Source: Pseudomonadota bacterium (GTDB lineage: Bacteria; Pseudomonadota; Gammaproteobacteria; JAKAQQ01). From it: a stretch of DNA of 64,000 bases. The stretch lies in contig DAHVLZ010000009.1 of NCBI GenBank assembly GCA_027320085.1, positions 64,001 through 128,000 on the forward strand, read 5' to 3'. The notes beneath the pieces are model-generated. The model had not been told where the DNA came from, did not search any database, and saw only the letters and a list, made by a program, of their open reading frames with translations. Below, one piece after another: positions 36,546 through 47,292 of the stretch; within the stretch, counting starts at the first letter, position 1; every line of letters starts with the position of its first letter. The position numbers and the translations under genes were made by a program.

Positions 36546-37452
36546 AGGGAGAGCTCGCCTTCACCGTGATCCGCACGATCTCGCGGAGCGCCTCGCGCCA
36601 GTGGATGGGCTCAAGCCCGGTCCGGGCGATCGTTTCCGATTTGTCGAGGACCGCCTGGAAAGGGCGTCGGGCAGGCAATGGGTATGCCTCGGTGGGAATC
36701 GGGTGGATCGGGACACGGCGCTCGAGAAGACCTGCATTCCGGGCCTCTTCCTCGATCGCACAGGCAAAATCGTACCAGCTCGCGACTCCGGCATCGCTCC
36801 AGTGCAGGATGCCGGAAAGATCGTCACGCAGCGCCACCGACCAGAGAAAGCGGGCCAGCGAGAGGGCCGAGGTGGGCGTACCCACTTGGTCGTCGATCAC
36901 CCGGAGTTCGGGCTGTTCACCCAGGAGACGCAGGATGGTGCGGAAAAAGTTGTTCCCCCAAGGGGCATAGACCCAGCCGGTCCGGACGATCAGGGCCGAC
37001 AAATCTCCGAGTGCCTGGATGGCTTTTTCTCCCTCGGCCTTGCTTTCACCATAGCGGTTGACCGGCCTTGGACAATCTTCAGGTCGCCACGGCCGACCAC
37101 GATCGCCCGGAAACACGAAATCGGTTGAGACATGAACCAACCGGATGCCTTCCGTCCGAGCGAGTCGGGCCAATTCCGCGGTCGCCTCCACATTGACCGC
37201 CCGTGCCTGTTCGAACTCACGCTCGGCACGGTCGACGGCCGTATAGGCGGCCGCATTGAGGATGAGGCCCGGGTTTGAAGTTCTCAGGGCCGATTCGATA
37301 TCCGAACGGCAGGTCAGGTCCAGATCATCCCGGGCGAAACGGATAACCTCGACCCCAGAAGGACGGAGCTCCCAGAGCGCCCGGCCGAGCTGTCCTCCGG
37401 CGCCCAGGAGGAGAACCCGGCCAGTTAAGGGGTCAACCGTGCGATTCTTCAA
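36541..37452 (-). CDS. rfbD: dTDP-4-dehydrorhamnose reductase
   Basis: [37 protein letters not shown]. Probable TTG start at 37452. Confidence 0.93.
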   Translation of the reverse strand: MKNRTVDPLTGRVLLLGAGGQLGRALWELRPSGVEVIRFARDDLDLTCRSDIESALRTSNPGLILNAAAYTAVDRAEREFEQARAVNVEATAELARLARTEGIRLVHVSTDFVFPGDRGRPWRPEDCPRPVNRYGESKAEGEKAIQALGDLSALIVRTGWVYAPWGNNFFRTILRLLGEQPELRVIDDQVGTPTSALSLARFLWSVALRDDLSGILHWSDAGVASWYDFACAIEEEARNAGLLERRVPIHPIPTEAYPLPARRPFQAVLDKSETIARTGLEPIHWREALREIVRITVKASSPL

Positions 37453-38314
37453 GGAGGCGAAGGAGGTATTGGCCGTAGCCGTTCTTGAGAAGTGGCGTGG
37501 CGAGATGCTCAAGCTGCTTGCCATCGATGAATCCCTGCCGGAACGCCACCTCCTCGGGGCAGGCCACCTTGAGTCCCTGACGCGCTTCAAGTGTCTCGAT
37601 GAAGTTCGCGGCCTGCAGCAGAGACTCGGGGGTTCCGGTGTCAAGCCAGGCAATCCCGCGCTCGAGACGCTCGACCGAGAGTTTTCCCTCGGCCAGATAA
37701 CGGTTGTTGAGATCGGTGATCTCGAGTTCGCCCCGTGCGGAGGGGACCAGTCGGGCCGCGTGCTCTGCCACCGACCCGTCGTAAAAGTAGAGACCGGTCA
37801 CGGCATAGTGTGAGCGCGGCCGGGCTGGCTTTTCCTCGATGCCGCGCGCGTGGCCGTTCTGATCGAAATCCACCACCCCGTAACGTTCGGGGTCACTCAC
37901 ATAGTAGGCAAAGACGGTCGCACCCTGGGTTCGTTCCGCGGCTCGACCGAGGGTCTGGGTCAGGCCCTGACCGTAGAAAATGTTGTCCCCAAGGATCAGG
38001 GCGACCGGGCTTCCCTCGACAAAGGAGCGGGCAATCAGGAACGCCTGCGCAAGCCCCCCCGGATGGGGCTGCTCGGCATAGCGGATCTCAAGTCCCCACT
38101 GGGTGCCATCGCCGAGCAATGCCCGATAGCTGGGGAGGTCCCTGGGCGTCGAGATCAGGAGAATCTCCCGGATCCCGGTCAACATGAGCGTGGTCAGCGG
38201 ATAGTAGACGAGCGGCTTGTCGAACACCGGCAGGAGCTGTTTGCTCACGACATGGGTGATCGGATAGAGGCGGGTCCCGGAACCGCCTGCCAGAATGATG
38301 CCCCGGCGGATCAC
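37433..38314 (-). CDS. rfbA: Glucose-1-phosphate thymidylyltransferase
   Basis: [35 protein letters not shown]. Confidence 0.96.
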   Translation of the reverse strand: MIRRGIILAGGSGTRLYPITHVVSKQLLPVFDKPLVYYPLTTLMLTGIREILLISTPRDLPSYRALLGDGTQWGLEIRYAEQPHPGGLAQAFLIARSFVEGSPVALILGDNIFYGQGLTQTLGRAAERTQGATVFAYYVSDPERYGVVDFDQNGHARGIEEKPARPRSHYAVTGLYFYDGSVAEHAARLVPSARGELEITDLNNRYLAEGKLSVERLERGIAWLDTGTPESLLQAANFIETLEARQGLKVACPEEVAFRQGFIDGKQLEHLATPLLKNGYGQYLLRLLEESHG

Positions 38315-38353
38315 GGGACCTGAGATGCCAGGATCCGAGAGGTGGGGTGCATA

Positions 38354-40312
38354 TCAGTTCTCCCGGTGAGATGGAATCCGGTTCACCACCAAGGGGATCA
38401 CGACCCCACGGCCGGCTTCTTCTTCCCTAGGTTCCGCCCTGTGGAAATCCCCATGGGTCAGGCGGGTGAGCTCCCCGATCAGCTCCGTTCGGGTTGCGGG
38501 CATCAGCCGGGCAGACCAGAGTTCGAGATCCCGCTTGAGGGACGTCCAGTCCGAATGGGTTTCGCCCTGGGCCAAAAACAGCTTGGGATGGTCCGTCATC
38601 AGCCGACGCTCATTTTCATAGAAAAGCTGTTCCGCAAGTTTTTCGCCCGGGCGCAAGCCGATGTAGACAATCTCCATGTCGATCCCCAGGCGGTGGCCGG
38701 ACAGCTCGATCATTTGTTCCGCAAGATCCCGGATCCGAATGGGATTCCCCATGTCCAAGACAAAAATTCCAGCACCCAGGCGCGAGGTCGCAGCTTCGAG
38801 AACCAGGTGGACGGCCTCCGAGATGGTCATGAAGTAGCGCCTGACCTCGGGATGGGTGACAGTTACCGGGCCCCCGGCCTTGATCTGTGCCCGGAAGAGG
38901 GGGACCACCGATCCCATGGAATCGAGGACGTTGCCAAAACGGACGGTCATGAATTCCGTTCTGCCCTGTCCATTTAGGGCCAAAACGATCCGCTCGGCCA
39001 GCCGCTTCGTGGCGCCCATGATGTTCGCAGGCCAGACCGCCTTGTCGGTCGAAACCAGCATAAACCGGTCCACCGAATGGCGGATGGCCATTTCAGCCAT
39101 GTTCTTGGTCCCGAATACATTGTTCCGGATTCCGGCCACCGGATTTTCCTCGACCAAAGTCACATGTTTGTAGGCCGCGGCATGGAAAACCACCTCCGGG
39201 TGAGTCTCGCGGAACACACCATCCATCGCCTCGGCCGAGGTGACATCGGTTAGACGACCCTCGATCCGGGCTCCGGCCAGCGGACTCAGCTCGGCCAAGA
39301 TCCGGTAGAGATTGTATTCCGCATGATCCACGAGGATCAGCCGATCCACGCCAAGACTCAAGAGCTGACGGCAGATCTCGGAGCCTATCGAACCGCCGGC
39401 ACCGGTGACCAGGATCCGTTTCCCACCAAAAAAGTTCTGCAAGGCCGAAGACTGCATGACAACCGGTTCGCGCCCCAGCAAATCCTCGACCGAAACCGGT
39501 CTCAACCGCTCGACGGTAATCCGCTGGTTGATGAGTTCGCTCAGGCGGGGCAGCGTCCAGCAGGTCACCTGAAGAGTCTGACAGATCTGCACGACCTGCT
39601 GCAGGAGTCTCCGGGGTGCGGAGGGCATGGCGTAGATCACGATTTGAGCCCGCACCTCCTGGATGACCCTTGACAGTTCGTTGACCGTGCCGAGAACTGG
39701 CACTCCCTGGAGGGCACGACCCTGCTTGGCCGGATCGTCATCCACGAAAGCGACCGGCACATAGGTCCGGTCATCGCGCAGGTCGCGAAGCAGAAGCTCC
39801 GCCGCGACACCCGCTCCGACCAGAACCGCCCGCTGACCCGTCCTCTGGAAGAAAAGACCCCGTCGCTCCTTCCAGATGCGATACCCCAGACGGCCCGCCC
39901 CCAGGCCGATCAGCAACAGAAGGGGCTGCAGGACCAGAAAGCCCCGTGGCAGCCGTTCCAGGTCGTCGATGAAGGTGATCGCGCCCAGTGTGAGCAGCGC
40001 GCCCAAAGCCACCGCTTCCGTCAGACGGATGAGATCAGGCAATGAGGCAAAACGCCAGATCCCCCGGTAGCACTTGAGGGCGTACAGGCTCAGGCTCTGG
40101 CACAGGAAGGTCACGCCCAGGTAAACCCACCAGCGGGACTCCAGAGACAAGTCCGCGAGATGCCTCCAGTCGACCCGGACGATCAGCGCCAGCGGGACAC
40201 TGATGAGGATCCAGAGCGAATCGTGAAAGAAAACGGAGAGGCGAAGGACGGAACGGTTCCGCCACCAGGCCCGGGGCTCGAAAGGTCGCTCGGACAGAGA
40301 GGGGCGGGTCAC
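38354..40312 (-). CDS. Membrane-bound UDP-GlcNAc 4,6-dehydratase (PglF/WbpM/WlbL family)
   Basis: Four N-terminal TMs, TGAGGSIG, HAAAYKHV, STDKAV..MGATK, RFGNVLDS. GTGA overlap with the upstream gene. Confidence 0.92.
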   Translation of the reverse strand: MTRPSLSERPFEPRAWWRNRSVLRLSVFFHDSLWILISVPLALIVRVDWRHLADLSLESRWWVYLGVTFLCQSLSLYALKCYRGIWRFASLPDLIRLTEAVALGALLTLGAITFIDDLERLPRGFLVLQPLLLLIGLGAGRLGYRIWKERRGLFFQRTGQRAVLVGAGVAAELLLRDLRDDRTYVPVAFVDDDPAKQGRALQGVPVLGTVNELSRVIQEVRAQIVIYAMPSAPRRLLQQVVQICQTLQVTCWTLPRLSELINQRITVERLRPVSVEDLLGREPVVMQSSALQNFFGGKRILVTGAGGSIGSEICRQLLSLGVDRLILVDHAEYNLYRILAELSPLAGARIEGRLTDVTSAEAMDGVFRETHPEVVFHAAAYKHVTLVEENPVAGIRNNVFGTKNMAEMAIRHSVDRFMLVSTDKAVWPANIMGATKRLAERIVLALNGQGRTEFMTVRFGNVLDSMGSVVPLFRAQIKAGGPVTVTHPEVRRYFMTISEAVHLVLEAATSRLGAGIFVLDMGNPIRIRDLAEQMIELSGHRLGIDMEIVYIGLRPGEKLAEQLFYENERRLMTDHPKLFLAQGETHSDWTSLKRDLELWSARLMPATRTELIGELTRLTHGDFHRAEPREEEAGRGVVIPLVVNRIPSHREN

Positions 40313-40911
40313 CCGCAAAGGAGTCGCCTCACGGTCGCGACCACGACGCAACAGTCGCTTATGGGGGTCCTCTGTGCAGCGTAGCGCAAATTCATGCGGA
40401 TTTTCCTTGGCATGAGGTGCTTAATATACGTCTTTTCCGGATCCGCAGAGCGAGCCAGGATCCGGCCTTCATGCCGGAACACGATGCTCGCGGGGTCAGT
40501 CAGCCCGGGCGGAGACTCAAGGACCAACCGTTCTTCGGGTCGGTAATGTGCCACGTAGCAGGCGAGTTCCGGTCTGGGCCCCACCCAACTCATCTCGCCA
40601 CGGATGATATTGAGGAGTTGGGGCCATTCATCCATCCGGCTCCGGCGCAGCCATTTTCCCACCCACGTGATCTGGGGATCGGCCGGAACCGTCAAACCGT
40701 TCCGGAATTGTCCCGCCGGGAGGCGGGTCATGCTGCGGAATTTGAACAGCGGGAAGACACCCCCCCCCTGACCGACCCGCTCCTGGATAAAAAAGACCGG
40801 TGGCCCATCCGTAACCAGGATAGCCAGCGCAACCAACAACCCCGGCGGCAGGAGCAAGAAACCTGCGAGCGCCGCGAGCAGGCGTTCACCTGGGGAGACC
40901 TTGCGCTTCAT
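40309..40911 (-). CDS. Monotopic polyprenol-phosphate sugar-1-phosphate transferase (PglC/WlbG family)
   Basis: FKFRSM, DEWPQLLNI, MSWVGPRPE, PGLT. Confidence 0.9.
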   Translation of the reverse strand: MKRKVSPGERLLAALAGFLLLPPGLLVALAILVTDGPPVFFIQERVGQGGGVFPLFKFRSMTRLPAGQFRNGLTVPADPQITWVGKWLRRSRMDEWPQLLNIIRGEMSWVGPRPELACYVAHYRPEERLVLESPPGLTDPASIVFRHEGRILARSADPEKTYIKHLMPRKIRMNLRYAAQRTPISDCCVVVATVRRLLCG

Positions 40912-42065
40912 ACTCCGTGTTGACGAACGATGTCCAAAACTGCGTCAATGACGTCACTGACATCAGTATCTGACAGCCTGGGGTGCAGTGGCAAGCTCAG
41001 GATCCGGCGATAGGCCCCATCCGCCTGCGGGAAGTCTTCGGGTCGGAAACCGTAGCGGTCCCGATAAAACGGATGGAGATGAAGCGGGATGAAATGGACG
41101 GATGCCCCGATTCGACGCCGTCCCAGCTCTTCCACAAACTGGTCCCGACCGATTGACAGGCAGTCCGGCCGCAGTCGGAGCGGATACAAGTGACGGGCAT
41201 GTCGGATCCCCTCACGCGCTTTCATCGGTTCCAGAGCCGGGCATTCCCCAAAGGCCCGATCGTAGGCCAGAGACACCGCGTCCCGCCGCTTCTGGAAGGA
41301 TTCCAGCTTTTTGAGCTGAACAAGGCCCATGGCTGCCTGGGGATCGGTCAGGTTGTATTTGAAGCCAGCGGCCTCGATTTCATAAAACCACGCCCCTCCC
41401 TGGTGATAGCGCTTCCACGCATCCCGGTTCATGCCGTGGAGGGCCAAGGGTCGAGCCCGTGCAATCCGGGCCTCGTCTCCGGTCAGCATACCGCCTTCAC
41501 CCGTTGTGAGATTTTTCGTGGCATAAAAACTGAACGCAGTAAAGTGTTTCTCCGATCCGATCGGGTGCCCTCGGTATTCTGCGGCCAGCGCATGGGCCGC
41601 ATCGAAGACAAGCGCCAACCCATGCCCCTCGGCGAGATCCTGAAATCGTTCCATCTCGACGGGATGCCCCGCAAAATGCACCGGCAGGATAGCCCGGGTT
41701 CGGGGCGTGATTGCCCGCTCGACAGCCTCGGGGTCGAGATTCAGGGTATCTGCCTCCACATCGGCGAAAACCGGGCGCGCACCCACATGTTCGATGACAT
41801 TGGCTGTCGCCGCAAAAGTAAAGGGCGTCGTCACGACCTCGTCCCCAGGCTTGATGCCCAAAGCCACGAGGGCCAGATGGAGGGCTGCGGTGCAGGAAGA
41901 AACGGCCAGGGCAGCCTCGGCATCCACCGTCTTGGAGAACGTGTCCTCAAACTCCCGGACCCGGGGGCCGAGCGTGAGCCATCCGCTTCGGAGTGCCTCG
42001 GTTGCGGCCTGGATCTCCTCTTCGCCGATCGCGGGTGGGGAAAAGGGCAGGAACGCTTCTCTCAT
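40908..42065 (-). CDS. DegT/DnrJ/EryC1/StrS sugar aminotransferase (WlbF/ArnB-like), currently in-frame fused to the upstream GT4
   Basis: MREAFLPFSPP start, SSCTAALHL, DAAHA, SFYATKNLTTGEGGM (PLP Lys). Confidence 0.9.
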   Translation of the reverse strand: MREAFLPFSPPAIGEEEIQAATEALRSGWLTLGPRVREFEDTFSKTVDAEAALAVSSCTAALHLALVALGIKPGDEVVTTPFTFAATANVIEHVGARPVFADVEADTLNLDPEAVERAITPRTRAILPVHFAGHPVEMERFQDLAEGHGLALVFDAAHALAAEYRGHPIGSEKHFTAFSFYATKNLTTGEGGMLTGDEARIARARPLALHGMNRDAWKRYHQGGAWFYEIEAAGFKYNLTDPQAAMGLVQLKKLESFQKRRDAVSLAYDRAFGECPALEPMKAREGIRHARHLYPLRLRPDCLSIGRDQFVEELGRRRIGASVHFIPLHLHPFYRDRYGFRPEDFPQADGAYRRILSLPLHPRLSDTDVSDVIDAVLDIVRQHGV

Positions 42066-43340
42066 CCGGCATTCTCCAGGGCCAGGGCTCGCCTGAGTAT
42101 CGCACGACCCCCCCCCCCCGACACAGCGCTCGAACCAGACGCGTCCCGCACGACCCATGGTCCGGCAACGTTCCGGCTGAGCCTCGAGTTCCAGGAGGAG
42201 CCGGGCAAGCGTGGCGGCATCTCCTGAGGGGAGCCTGATCCCTCCACTGGATTCACGGAGAACGGTCTCACTATCGCCGGATCCCAGAAAGACGACTGGG
42301 CATCCCAACCCCAGATAATCGAAGAGCTTGCTGGGGAGAGCCGTCTGGAACAGGGGCGCTTCAGGAAACAAAAGAAGTCCCAGATCAGCCTCGCGAATGA
42401 GCGAACGCGCCTCCTGCCGCGTTAGAGGACCGGTAAAGCGGACCGGCAAACGCTCCCTCTCCGCACGCGCCCGGTAACCGGCTGCGCGCTCACCACCACC
42501 CACGAGAAGAAACACAATCCCCGTGTCGTGACCGATCTTCACAGCCGCGTCAAGGAGGGTATCCAGATCACTGGCCCGCCCCATGCTTCCGGCATAGATA
42601 ATCCGGAAACGGGCATCTCCCCAAGGAGATTCCGGAAGGTGACGGTGGGAGGTGTGGGTGGGGCTTGATCCGGGATCCAGGAGGAGTGCCGCGTCGGCGT
42701 TATAGAGAAGGCCCAACTTCTCATCCGGAACACCCTGTGCTTGGAGCGCCCGCTGGATCCCCGGAGTGGCACACAGAATGAACGCGGCCCGGCGTCGCAG
42801 CGCGCGCTGAAAGGCTGAAAGTCCACGACTGAGAAGACCAGGTTTCAAAACACCGAGCGCCAATGCGGTCTCGGGATAGAGGTCCCGCTCATCCAGGACC
42901 AGGCGCGCGCGAAAACGGCCAGCCACAGCCCAGGCCACGGGAGAAACCAGGACCGGGTCGGTTCCAACCAGCACAACGTCCGGTCTCTGCTTCATCCGGA
43001 TCAGCGCAGCCAGGAAACTCAAAGCAGCAAAGCGCGTGTAATGGATCAATCGTCGCCCCAGGCTTTTCCGGTAATCCACAAGCCCCGAGACCCTGAGGAA
43101 CCGGATTCCGTCTTGCTCACTCTCACTGCACCAGCCCCGACCATCTTTCCGCAGATCCTGGCCAGTCATATAGTGGATTGCCGACGTGATGACAGTGACC
43201 GAACATCCGAGGTCACGGAGCTGGCAGGCTTCCGCCCAGGGACGCACGGCCCCGGGTTCTTCCGGACGAGGACAGTGGAAGGTGAGGAAGAGGACGTGGA
43301 GCCTTCGGTCGGAAGCGCCATCCGACAGGCTAGGGGCCAT
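42062..43340 (-). CDS. GT4 glycosyltransferase (WbuB/WlbE-like); reading frame set by a G12 tract
   Basis: DERDLYPE, YAGSMG, PSKLFDYLGLGCPV. As sequenced it reads through into the aminotransferase (810 aa ORF 40908..43340). Confidence 0.85.
42108..42119 (-). repeat. G12 homopolymer tract (candidate phase-variation site)
   Basis: 12 consecutive C on the + strand; the longest homopolymer I found in the window. Confidence 0.85.
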
Positions 43341-44436
43341 GGCCCGTCACGGCCACGTGGACCGCCCGAATCACGAGTCCAATTTCCGCCTCTCCCAGCC
43401 CATGGTGCACAGGAAGCGCAAGGATGGTTTCCGTGAGTCGCTCCGTCACGGGGAGCGAGACCTCACCGAGATGCTCGCGGATCACCGGTTGCTGGTGAAT
43501 TCCCCGCGGGTAGTGCACAGCAGTCGCAACCCCTTGTTTCGCAAGTCGTGCGGCCAGTGCATCCCGGTCGCACCCCATCACCCGCTCGTCCACAACCACC
43601 GAGTACTGATGCCAGGAGGACTCCGAGCCTTTAGGTTCGACCGGCAACTGCAGGCCGGGCACTCCATGAAGTCCGGCGGTCAGCTGGGAGGCATTCTGCC
43701 GTCGGCGCGCCAGCATCCCCTCCAGTCGCCCCAGCTGGGCATGCCCGATGGCCGCCTCCACGTCCGTCATTCGGTAGTTCCAACCGATCATCGTATGGAT
43801 GTACTTGGCTGTCTGACCATGCGTACGGAGATAACGCATCTTCCGGTCCAGCTCCGGATCCGGACTGGTCACCATCCCCCCTTCCCCGACGAAGAGGTTT
43901 TTCGTCGGATAGAAGGAGTAGCAGACACAGGCGCCGAGAGAGCCGATGTCCCGGCCACTGAACCGGGTCCCCATGGACTGGGCAGCATCCCAGATGATCC
44001 GCAAATTGTGTTCGGCCGCAAAGGACTCGATCGCATCGACCGGACAGGACGCACCAAACAGGTGGACCGGGACGATGCCCCGTGTTTTCGAGGTAAGACG
44101 CCGGGCCGCATCTTCCAGGTCAATCAGGTAGGTCCGGGGATCGACGTCACAAAGCACCGGGACCAGCCCCGTCTGCAGGGCCATGCTCGCTGTCGCAAAA
44201 AAGCTGAACGAGGGCATGAGGATCTCGTCTCCGGGCTCGAAGACGGCTGCATAGGCGAGGTGCAAGGCGGCGGACCCGTTGGCACAGGTCACTGCATGGC
44301 GGGCGCCGACCCGTTCGGCGAAAGTCCGCTCGAAACGGTCACATTCCACCCCCTGCCGGAGTTGTCCGGAGCGGAGTACTTGTAGGGCCGCCTCGATTTC
44401 GGGCTCAGCCAGGGTGGTGTCGGCCATGGGAATCAT
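43330..44436 (-). CDS. DegT family aminotransferase (WbpE/WlbC-like C3 aminotransferase)
   Basis: NGSAALHL, DAAQS, SFYPTKNL, GWNYRM; adjacent to a Gfo/Idh/MocA dehydrogenase and a hexapeptide acetyltransferase. Confidence 0.88.
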   Translation of the reverse strand: MIPMADTTLAEPEIEAALQVLRSGQLRQGVECDRFERTFAERVGARHAVTCANGSAALHLAYAAVFEPGDEILMPSFSFFATASMALQTGLVPVLCDVDPRTYLIDLEDAARRLTSKTRGIVPVHLFGASCPVDAIESFAAEHNLRIIWDAAQSMGTRFSGRDIGSLGACVCYSFYPTKNLFVGEGGMVTSPDPELDRKMRYLRTHGQTAKYIHTMIGWNYRMTDVEAAIGHAQLGRLEGMLARRRQNASQLTAGLHGVPGLQLPVEPKGSESSWHQYSVVVDERVMGCDRDALAARLAKQGVATAVHYPRGIHQQPVIREHLGEVSLPVTERLTETILALPVHHGLGEAEIGLVIRAVHVAVTGHGP

Positions 44437-45461
44437 CGGAGACTTGCCTCTCTCAGTTCTGGTTGCGAAACACTCGATTGAGCCAATCGATCGAGCAGGA
44501 GTTGGAGTTCGGCTGCTTCCGCCACCTGGCCGTAGGCCGGGTCTCGGTTCGCCCGGACGGCCTCCAGGAAAGTCCGGGCCTGGATCTGATATGGATCCTC
44601 CGGACCGGAGGGGGGACGGAGGGGGCTTGGGCCCGCGGGGTATCCGGCCCGTTCGCGGGACATAAACAGCTGAGACGGGAAGGTGGAGTCAATTGATGCA
44701 CGGATTCCTCCGTGAGGGCCCTCGATCTCGACCCATTGCGCAAATCCAGGTGTCAGAAAATCGGCCTCGAGAATCACGGCAGGCCCTTGGGGGTAGTCGA
44801 GACGGACCACCCAGAGATCATCGGCATCGACTGAAACCCTCTGCCCACCGATTTCCCGTTCCGGCTGGCGGAGATCCCGTACCAAAAGGCGGGCATCCTG
44901 AGGCGGTCCGAAAAACCAGAATGCAAGATCCAAGGCATGGACAAACATCTCGTTCGCGACCCCGCCGCCTTCGGCATGCCGATGTTTCCACGGCTGATGG
45001 GATCCCCTCCCCCCGATCCGGAAGAGGGCCAGATGGGGAGGGCCCAAGAGGGCCTCGTTCACGAGAAGACGCCTGACCTCTGCAAAGAGGGGAACCGAGC
45101 GATACAGAAATCCCACCATGCCGACCCCCCCTTTTTTCCGGAGACGCTCGGCCAGGTGCCGGGCTTCCCTCCCGCTTGGAGCCAGTGGTTTTTCCACAAG
45201 GAAGGCCTTCCCCGCATCCAAGGCTGCTTCGGCCAGGGGAACATGCGTCGGGGTCGGGGTCGTGATCACGACCGCCCGAATGGAATCGTCCCTGAACGCC
45301 GCATCGACCGTGAGGACCGACAATCCCTCCCGGTCGGCCAATGATTGGGCACGTTCGGGATCGATATCCGCGACCACCAGCTCAATTTCCGGTTCAATCC
45401 CGCGCAAACCGGCAATGTGGCGGGGTGCCTGCTTCCCGGCACCCAGGATCGCCAACCTCAC
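44433..45461 (-). CDS. Gfo/Idh/MocA oxidoreductase (WbpB/WlbA-like)
   Basis: ILGAG, TPTPTH, VEKPLA, GGG...VHALD. Confidence 0.85.
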   Translation of the reverse strand: MRLAILGAGKQAPRHIAGLRGIEPEIELVVADIDPERAQSLADREGLSVLTVDAAFRDDSIRAVVITTPTPTHVPLAEAALDAGKAFLVEKPLAPSGREARHLAERLRKKGGVGMVGFLYRSVPLFAEVRRLLVNEALLGPPHLALFRIGGRGSHQPWKHRHAEGGGVANEMFVHALDLAFWFFGPPQDARLLVRDLRQPEREIGGQRVSVDADDLWVVRLDYPQGPAVILEADFLTPGFAQWVEIEGPHGGIRASIDSTFPSQLFMSRERAGYPAGPSPLRPPSGPEDPYQIQARTFLEAVRANRDPAYGQVAEAAELQLLLDRLAQSSVSQPELREASLR

Positions 45462-46135
45462 GGGTGCGGATCCTCCGGGATCAGTCCTCTCCAGGAGAGG
45501 GCGAGGTTGCGTTCAAGAAGGGATTCCGGCAAAGGCTCGAAACGAGCCGGTACACCGCGGGCCAACATCCGGGGTGGCACATCCCGGGTGACTACAGCCC
45601 CTGCCGCCACAAAAGCATCCTCCCCGATCCGGACACCAGGACAGAGTGTGGCCCCACCCCCCACCGTCACGCCAGTCTCGAGAATAGGGCCCTCGGGGCG
45701 GTAGCGATCCCGCTGTTTCAGCGGGTAACGGTCATTGGTCATCACCACGCCCGGACCTACGAACACCCGTTCACCGATCCGGACCCGGGTCGGGATATAG
45801 CAGTGGGATTCGATCTTGACGAAGCTCGCAATCTCGACTTCACCGTCGATGATAGTTCCTGACCCAACGAGTACATGGTGGCCGATCCGGGTCTTTTCGC
45901 GAATAAGTACATGGTGGCCGGTTTGGAAATGATCCCCAATCAGCACATCAGCGTAGAGAATGGTACCCGACCGGATTCGGGCGCCGATGCCGAGCTGCAA
46001 CGGGGCCGCATCGTCGCGGTAACAATAGCCCACCACGCACCCGGGGTCGATCCGGGCATCAGCACCCACTTCGGCCCGGGGTTCCCTGGGAAGCGGAGCG
46101 GGGACACGGTGCCGCAAAGACTGCCTCTCTGACAC
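45458..46135 (-). CDS. Hexapeptide-repeat N-acetyltransferase (WbpD/WlbB-like)
   Basis: Left-handed beta-helix repeats, GPGVVMTNDRYP, AAGAVVTRDVP..GVPAR; start uncertain (GTG 46135). Confidence 0.85.
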   Translation of the reverse strand: MSERQSLRHRVPAPLPREPRAEVGADARIDPGCVVGYCYRDDAAPLQLGIGARIRSGTILYADVLIGDHFQTGHHVLIREKTRIGHHVLVGSGTIIDGEVEIASFVKIESHCYIPTRVRIGERVFVGPGVVMTNDRYPLKQRDRYRPEGPILETGVTVGGGATLCPGVRIGEDAFVAAGAVVTRDVPPRMLARGVPARFEPLPESLLERNLALSWRGLIPEDPHP

Positions 46136-46161
46136 GGGGATGCCACGAAACAAGCCCGCGC

Positions 46162-46236
46162 ATTATACCCGAACCCAACCCGAGTCTTTAGCCTTCCTAA
46201 GGTACCGCCGGGGGGGAACGGCAGGAATGCTATGAT
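46162..46236. promoter_or_regulatory. Divergent sigma70-type -10 elements
   Basis: TATAAT on the minus strand at 46162-46167; extended TGcTATGAT on the plus strand at 46228-46236. Confidence 0.45.
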
Positions 46237-46267
46237 GCCATCGAGCCGAACCAATCTTGGATCCCAC

Positions 46268-47131
46268 ATGCCGGAAACCCCTAACGCCCCAAGCAACCGA
46301 GAGCCCGGAGAGAGCTTTGACCTGGTCGATCTGTGGATCCTTTTCCGGACCCGGGTCCTTGTGTTCTGGGGCACCGTCACACTTGCTCTGGCGGTCGGGA
46401 TCGGACTTGTCCTCTCCAGTACCCCGCAGTTCCGCTACACGGCGCTCATCCGCGTAGGCAGCCAGCGGATGGGGGAACGGTTTGTCCCGGTCATGCCGAC
46501 CCCACTCGTACGAAGCTGGATCATCCATTCGGTGGCCCCTCTCTCGGCCCTCCAGCTCAGTAAAAACCTCCCTGAGGCCCAAGCCATCGAAACCCGCCTC
46601 GAGGTCTCTCCGATCGTGCGTGGATCGGGTGTACTGCTTCAGGTGAACGGCACCCAGACCCAATCGAAAACGATTCAAGCCCTTTTCGCCGCGATCGGTC
46701 AACACGTTGAGCAAAGCACCAACGCCCATCTGGTGGCACAAGAGGAAAAATCCAGCCGGATCCTCAAAGCTGAGATCCAAAGCATTAAAAGGGAGATCGG
46801 AGTCTTCCAGGCCCAACAAAAACGAGTTGGACACCGAACAGCTTCTCTCAACCGGCGTGCACAGTTCGATGAGATCGAGTTTTTAGCTCTTGAAATCAGC
46901 AATTTGGAGCGTCAGAAAATCCACTTGGAGCAACTTCTCGCCCGACCGACCGACCGCTTGACAGAGCTTTTGGGCCCGGTCAGCCGGTCCCCGGGTCCTG
47001 TCGGTCTCACCCCGATCAAGAAGGTCGGCATCTTTTTGCTCCTTGGGGCGGTTTTAGGAGCGGCTTTGGTCATACTGCTGCATCTTCGGGATCAAGCCCG
47101 GAAACGCTTGCGAAAGCAGGCCGGTTCCTAA
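46268..47131 (+). CDS. Wzz-like polysaccharide chain-length determinant
   Basis: FDLVDLW before TM1, YTALIRVG, periplasmic coiled coil, Pro-rich segment, then Gly-rich TM2. Confidence 0.75.
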   Translation: MPETPNAPSNREPGESFDLVDLWILFRTRVLVFWGTVTLALAVGIGLVLSSTPQFRYTALIRVGSQRMGERFVPVMPTPLVRSWIIHSVAPLSALQLSKNLPEAQAIETRLEVSPIVRGSGVLLQVNGTQTQSKTIQALFAAIGQHVEQSTNAHLVAQEEKSSRILKAEIQSIKREIGVFQAQQKRVGHRTASLNRRAQFDEIEFLALEISNLERQKIHLEQLLARPTDRLTELLGPVSRSPGPVGLTPIKKVGIFLLLGAVLGAALVILLHLRDQARKRLRKQAGS

Positions 47132-47292
47132 AGCAACCGGGTTTTATACCACCAAGGATGGAAGAGAGTTCATGGGTGTTCGGCTGGGCAACGGGGGGAA
47201 AGAGGCCAGTGCCCCTTCGTGACCAAATCCCGAACTGTCTCCGGTAACCCTTCGCCCGACCCCAGGCTCTTCGAGTACCGGGTACTGACCGA

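Noticed and set aside
40760-40768. G9 tract in the PglC-like gene (also C9 at 33-41) as phase-variable sites
   Set aside because: Short, in frame and encoding Gly-rich motifs; unremarkable at this GC content.
40908-43340. 810 aa GT4-aminotransferase as an evolved natural fusion enzyme
   Set aside because: The junction is a G12 tract, and a one-base change restores a stop overlapping the downstream ATG. Treated as a slippage state or sequencing error.
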